Assembly: GCA_965222155.1 (NCBI GenBank)
Contig: CBDCTH010000012.1
Span: 1,536,001-1,600,000, forward strand
DNA from: Gammaproteobacteria bacterium
Lineage (GTDB): Bacteria > Pseudomonadota > Gammaproteobacteria > Eutrophobiales > Eutrophobiaceae
Direction: 5' to 3'
Length of the DNA stretch: 64,000 nt
A program made the translations under genes and the position numbers. Shown here piece after piece: positions 60,761 through 64,000 of this stretch. The stretch's first letter is position 1. Each line of letters opens with the position of its first letter. Below the pieces are notes generated by a model. That model ran no database searches, was not told where the DNA came from, and saw only the letters and a list, made by a program, of their open reading frames with translations.

Positions 60761-61513
60761 TTATGTCATCCGCCTCCTGAGTTCATACAGACAAACGCCG
60801 GCCGCCACTGACATATTCAGGCTCTCGACGGAACCATACATGGGGATTTTTACCAGTTGGTCGCAGTGGTTACGGGTGTTTTGACGCAGTCCACCTTCCT
60901 CCGAACCCATAACCAGCACGACCGGAAACGTCAACTCAATGTCGTAAAGGGTTTTATCCGCATCACCGGACGTCCCGATTATCTGGCAACCCGTTTCGCG
61001 CAACAGTCTCAGGCTGCGCGCAATGTTCGTGACCGTGATGATGTTGATGGTTTCCGCCGCCCCGCTGGCCACTTTTTTGACAGTCGCATTAAGCGGAGCC
61101 GAGTGGTCCTTCGGCAGGACCAGCGCGTCTACGCCGGCTGCGTCAGCCGTCCTGATACACGCGCCCAGATTATGTGGGTCCATTACCCTGTCGAGCGTCA
61201 GTATGATGCCGGCATCACCCAGGCCTTCGGCGCATAAATCGGCTATTGTCAGTTGTTTTTGTGTGTCGTCCGTGCGACATCTTGCCGCGATGCCCTGGTG
61301 ATTGTTTACCCCGGTTAACTTATCCAGTTTCAGGGGAGAAATAGACTGGATAGAAACCAGGGCTTCATCACAGGTACGCCGCAAGGCATCCAATTTTGTC
61401 GAGCGCGTCTTATTCTGCGCGATATAGATCTCCAGCACGTCATGGGAACGCCGGGACAGGACATGCCTGACCGCGTGATAACCATAAATGATTTCAACGT
61501 TTCTGCCGGGCAT
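60761..61513 (-). CDS. rlmB: 23S rRNA Gm2251 methyltransferase
   Basis: NHQG, DPHNLGACIR, MGSEEGG, VESLN.SVA; follows rnr. Confidence 0.95.
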   Translation of the reverse strand: MPGRNVEIIYGYHAVRHVLSRRSHDVLEIYIAQNKTRSTKLDALRRTCDEALVSIQSISPLKLDKLTGVNNHQGIAARCRTDDTQKQLTIADLCAEGLGDAGIILTLDRVMDPHNLGACIRTADAAGVDALVLPKDHSAPLNATVKKVASGAAETINIITVTNIARSLRLLRETGCQIIGTSGDADKTLYDIELTFPVVLVMGSEEGGLRQNTRNHCDQLVKIPMYGSVESLNMSVAAGVCLYELRRRMT

Positions 61514-61561
61514 TTATTATCGCCACAAAGAAAGTAGAGTTAAGACAGGTTTGCCCTGATA

Positions 61562-63682
61562 TTATTCAACATAATCGAAGTCGATCTTTCTCTCGTCCAC
61601 GTTGACACTGAGCAGCTTTATTTTGATCCGGTCCCCAAGAAAATATTTCCGCCCCGTTCTTTCCCCGGACAGGGAATGGGCAATGGAATCAAAATGATAA
61701 TAATCTACCGGCAAGGCGGAAATGTGTATCAACCCCTCAACGTAAATATCATCCAGTTCGACAAACAGGCCAAACCCGGTAACGCCGGATATAATCCCCT
61801 CGAATACCCTGTCGATTTTATCCAGCATGAACTCACACTTCATCCTGGCCATGACGTCCCGGGTGGCATCTTCCGCCCGGCGCTCCGTCAAGGAACAATG
61901 TGTGCCGAAATTATGCATGTCATTATTACCGTAATCATAATCGGCCTTTTCAACTATGTGCCGGATGGCGCGATGCACCAGCAAATCGGTATAGCGTCGA
62001 ATCGGTGAGGTAAAATGCGTGTAATGGTCGAAAGCCAGGCCGAAATGTCCATTATTCCTTCCTTCGTATACAGCCATGGGCATGCTGCGCAACAGTACGG
62101 TCTCGATTAAGTGCCTGTCATCCCTGGTTTCGATCAATTGCAGGATCTTTGCATAGTTTTTGGTTTTGGGGTCCACTCCCCCCCCCAACTGCAGGCCAAA
62201 GTCACCCAGGAATTGATTCAAGTCATTGATCTTTTCCTCGTTCGGGACTGCATGGTTGCGAAAGATAGCAGGTATTTCATTGATAAGCAGAAACTCTGCA
62301 ACCGCAACGTTTGCCGCCAGCATGAATTCTTCGATGATTCTGTGAGAGTCATGGCGCTCGACCGAATTGATATCGGCTACTTTGCCCTGTCCATCAAAAC
62401 TCAGCTTAATTTCATTCGATGAAAAATCCAGCACCCCCTGCTGTTGCCTATGCCGGCGCATGATGGAATACAGCTCATATAACTCCCTGATATGGGGAAT
62501 AATCGGCTGGTATTTTTTCCGGACAGCGGCGCCGGCCAGCATGGTGTCGACAAGTTTGTACGTCAGTCTGGCCTTGGAGCGGATGACGGCCGGATACAAG
62601 GAATATTGTTTGACCCGTCCGGCCCGGTTGATGCGCAGGTCACATACCATGGCCGGTCGGTCTTCGTCCGGTTTGAGCGAGCACAGGTCATTGGAAAGCA
62701 ATTCAGGCAGCATCGGCACGACCCGGTTGGGAAAGTAGACCGAATTGCCTCGTTCCTGCGCGACCTTATCCAGCGCCGTGCCGGGCCTGACGTAGTGTGA
62801 CACGTCAGCAATGGCAACCACCAGACGCCATTCAGTTCCTCGTTTCTCGCAATACACTGCGTCATCAAAATCCCTGGCGTCTTCTCCATCTATCGTCACC
62901 AGTGACAGTTCGCGCAGGTCTCGGCGGTTTTTATCCTTCTGTTTTCGCTCCAACCCGACCAGTTCCTTCTCGACTCCGGCGGGCCATTGATAGGGAATAT
63001 CGTAGGCGCGGATAGCTATTTCCGTTGCCATATCAATGGAGTTGGAACGGCCCAGGACCTCGATGATTTTACCCAGCGGCTGGGTATGCCCATCAGGCTG
63101 CCTGGTGATTTCGGTAACCACGTAATCACCTGTTTCCGCCTTTTTTCTCTGCCGTGACGGAACCAGAATATCCTGGCTGATACGTTTATTATCCGGTACG
63201 ACAAACGCGACGCTACCTTCCTGGAAGAAGCGCCCCACAACCGACCGGTTAACCCGTTCCAGCACTTCGACGATCACCGCCTCCCTGCGGCCGCGCCGGT
63301 CAAATCCTCCATAACGCACCACTACATGATCATCATGCAGGACGGTACGCATCTGTTTCAATGATAAATACAGATCATCACCGCCATGGTCCGGCCTGAA
63401 AAAACCATAACCTTCTGCGTGACCAATCACTTTCCCCGCCACCAGGTCCATCTTGTCCAACAGGCCGTAGCCTTCTCGACGGTTGCGGATGAGCTCGCCA
63501 TCCCGCAACATGGCCCTAAGGCGCTTATTCAACGCGTTGCGTTCCTCAGAGCTGTTAAGCCCCAGGGAGCCGGCTATTTCGCTCAACTGGCGTGGAATCT
63601 TGGAACGTTTTAAAAACTCGATGATTTCATCCCGTCCAGGGATTGTTACCTGATATTGTTTGCTACTTGTTTTTTTTGACAT
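61562..63682 (-). CDS. rnr: Ribonuclease R
   Basis: TIDGEDARDFDDA, HFTSPIRRY, C-terminal S1 domain. Confidence 0.96.
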   Translation of the reverse strand: MSKKTSSKQYQVTIPGRDEIIEFLKRSKIPRQLSEIAGSLGLNSSEERNALNKRLRAMLRDGELIRNRREGYGLLDKMDLVAGKVIGHAEGYGFFRPDHGGDDLYLSLKQMRTVLHDDHVVVRYGGFDRRGRREAVIVEVLERVNRSVVGRFFQEGSVAFVVPDNKRISQDILVPSRQRKKAETGDYVVTEITRQPDGHTQPLGKIIEVLGRSNSIDMATEIAIRAYDIPYQWPAGVEKELVGLERKQKDKNRRDLRELSLVTIDGEDARDFDDAVYCEKRGTEWRLVVAIADVSHYVRPGTALDKVAQERGNSVYFPNRVVPMLPELLSNDLCSLKPDEDRPAMVCDLRINRAGRVKQYSLYPAVIRSKARLTYKLVDTMLAGAAVRKKYQPIIPHIRELYELYSIMRRHRQQQGVLDFSSNEIKLSFDGQGKVADINSVERHDSHRIIEEFMLAANVAVAEFLLINEIPAIFRNHAVPNEEKINDLNQFLGDFGLQLGGGVDPKTKNYAKILQLIETRDDRHLIETVLLRSMPMAVYEGRNNGHFGLAFDHYTHFTSPIRRYTDLLVHRAIRHIVEKADYDYGNNDMHNFGTHCSLTERRAEDATRDVMARMKCEFMLDKIDRVFEGIISGVTGFGLFVELDDIYVEGLIHISALPVDYYHFDSIAHSLSGERTGRKYFLGDRIKIKLLSVNVDERKIDFDYVE

Positions 63683-63691
63683 ACATACACA

Positions 63692-63728
63692 TTGACAGCG
63701 CCTGTTGCTACCGGTAAAGTCCGCCCAC
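63692..63728 (+). promoter_or_regulatory. Sigma70 promoter for tRNA-Leu with GC-rich discriminator
   Basis: TTGACA-17 bp-TAAAGT-ccgcccac. Confidence 0.7.
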
Positions 63729-63760
63729 TAAAATAATTCCTGTTATATAATCCAAGCCAT

Positions 63761-63847
63761 GCCGAGGTGGCGGAATTGGTAGACGCGCTAGCTTCAGGTG
63801 CTAGTGGGGGTAACCCCGTGAAGGTTCAAGTCCTTTCCTCGGCACCA
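63761..63847 (+). tRNA. tRNA-Leu(CAG)
   Basis: GCCGAGG/CCTCGGC acceptor stem, CTAGC-TTCAGGT-GCTAG anticodon arm, long variable arm, GTTCAA T-loop, encoded CCA. Confidence 0.97.
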
Positions 63848-64000
63848 TAATTGCGGATAAGATCATTGTAACCGCATTGCGCCGCAGACGCCAAATTATC
63901 TGATACCCCCAAATCCCGCGTTAGGGATTTGAAACGGGCATTCAAGGCGCATTCTGTCTGTTTGTAGTGCCTTACTCAATAGCAATGAGCCATGGTTTAC

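Noticed and set aside
63761-64000. Genomic island or prophage integrated at tRNA-Leu
   Set aside because: No integrase or duplicated tRNA 3' end seen within the window; sequence beyond 64000 is not visible.

Overview
Gammaproteobacterial chromosomal segment (inferred from the rpsF-rpsR-DUF2232-rplI-dnaB-alr-radA, uvrA/ssb and rnr-rlmB/tRNA-Leu gene orders), roughly 50-55% GC by eye. The left end is a much more GC-rich, frameshifted RTX-repeat gene. From about 3.8 to 19.3 kb lies a CoA-dependent aromatic catabolic island. Its minus-strand operon encodes a Rieske oxygenase, CoA ligase, thiolase+DUF35 and SDR, an order resembling the iadDEFGH indole-3-acetate locus. Its divergent plus-strand operon fuses a complete Na+-translocating glutaconyl-CoA decarboxylase (gcdA-D-B-C) and a non-decarboxylating glutaryl-CoA dehydrogenase, typical of strict anaerobes, to abm-like (2-aminobenzoyl-CoA) beta-oxidation genes. 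This hybrid is the best candidate for an undescribed system. The rest is mostly housekeeping (mtaB, msrA, phaC, leuCD, uvrA, sulfite reductase, EF-G2, zapE, rnr), plus a partner-switching module, a VapBC pair and a type II R-M pair, the last two with signs of a disarmed toxic component. Intergenic DNA holds at least six families of small palindromic or mobile elements. These include two 206-bp ISAs1-type MITEs with perfect 10-bp target duplications, one nested inside a REP doublet, and a 34-bp palindrome lying in frame inside a CoA ligase gene. All annotations come from motif recognition by eye; no searches were run.
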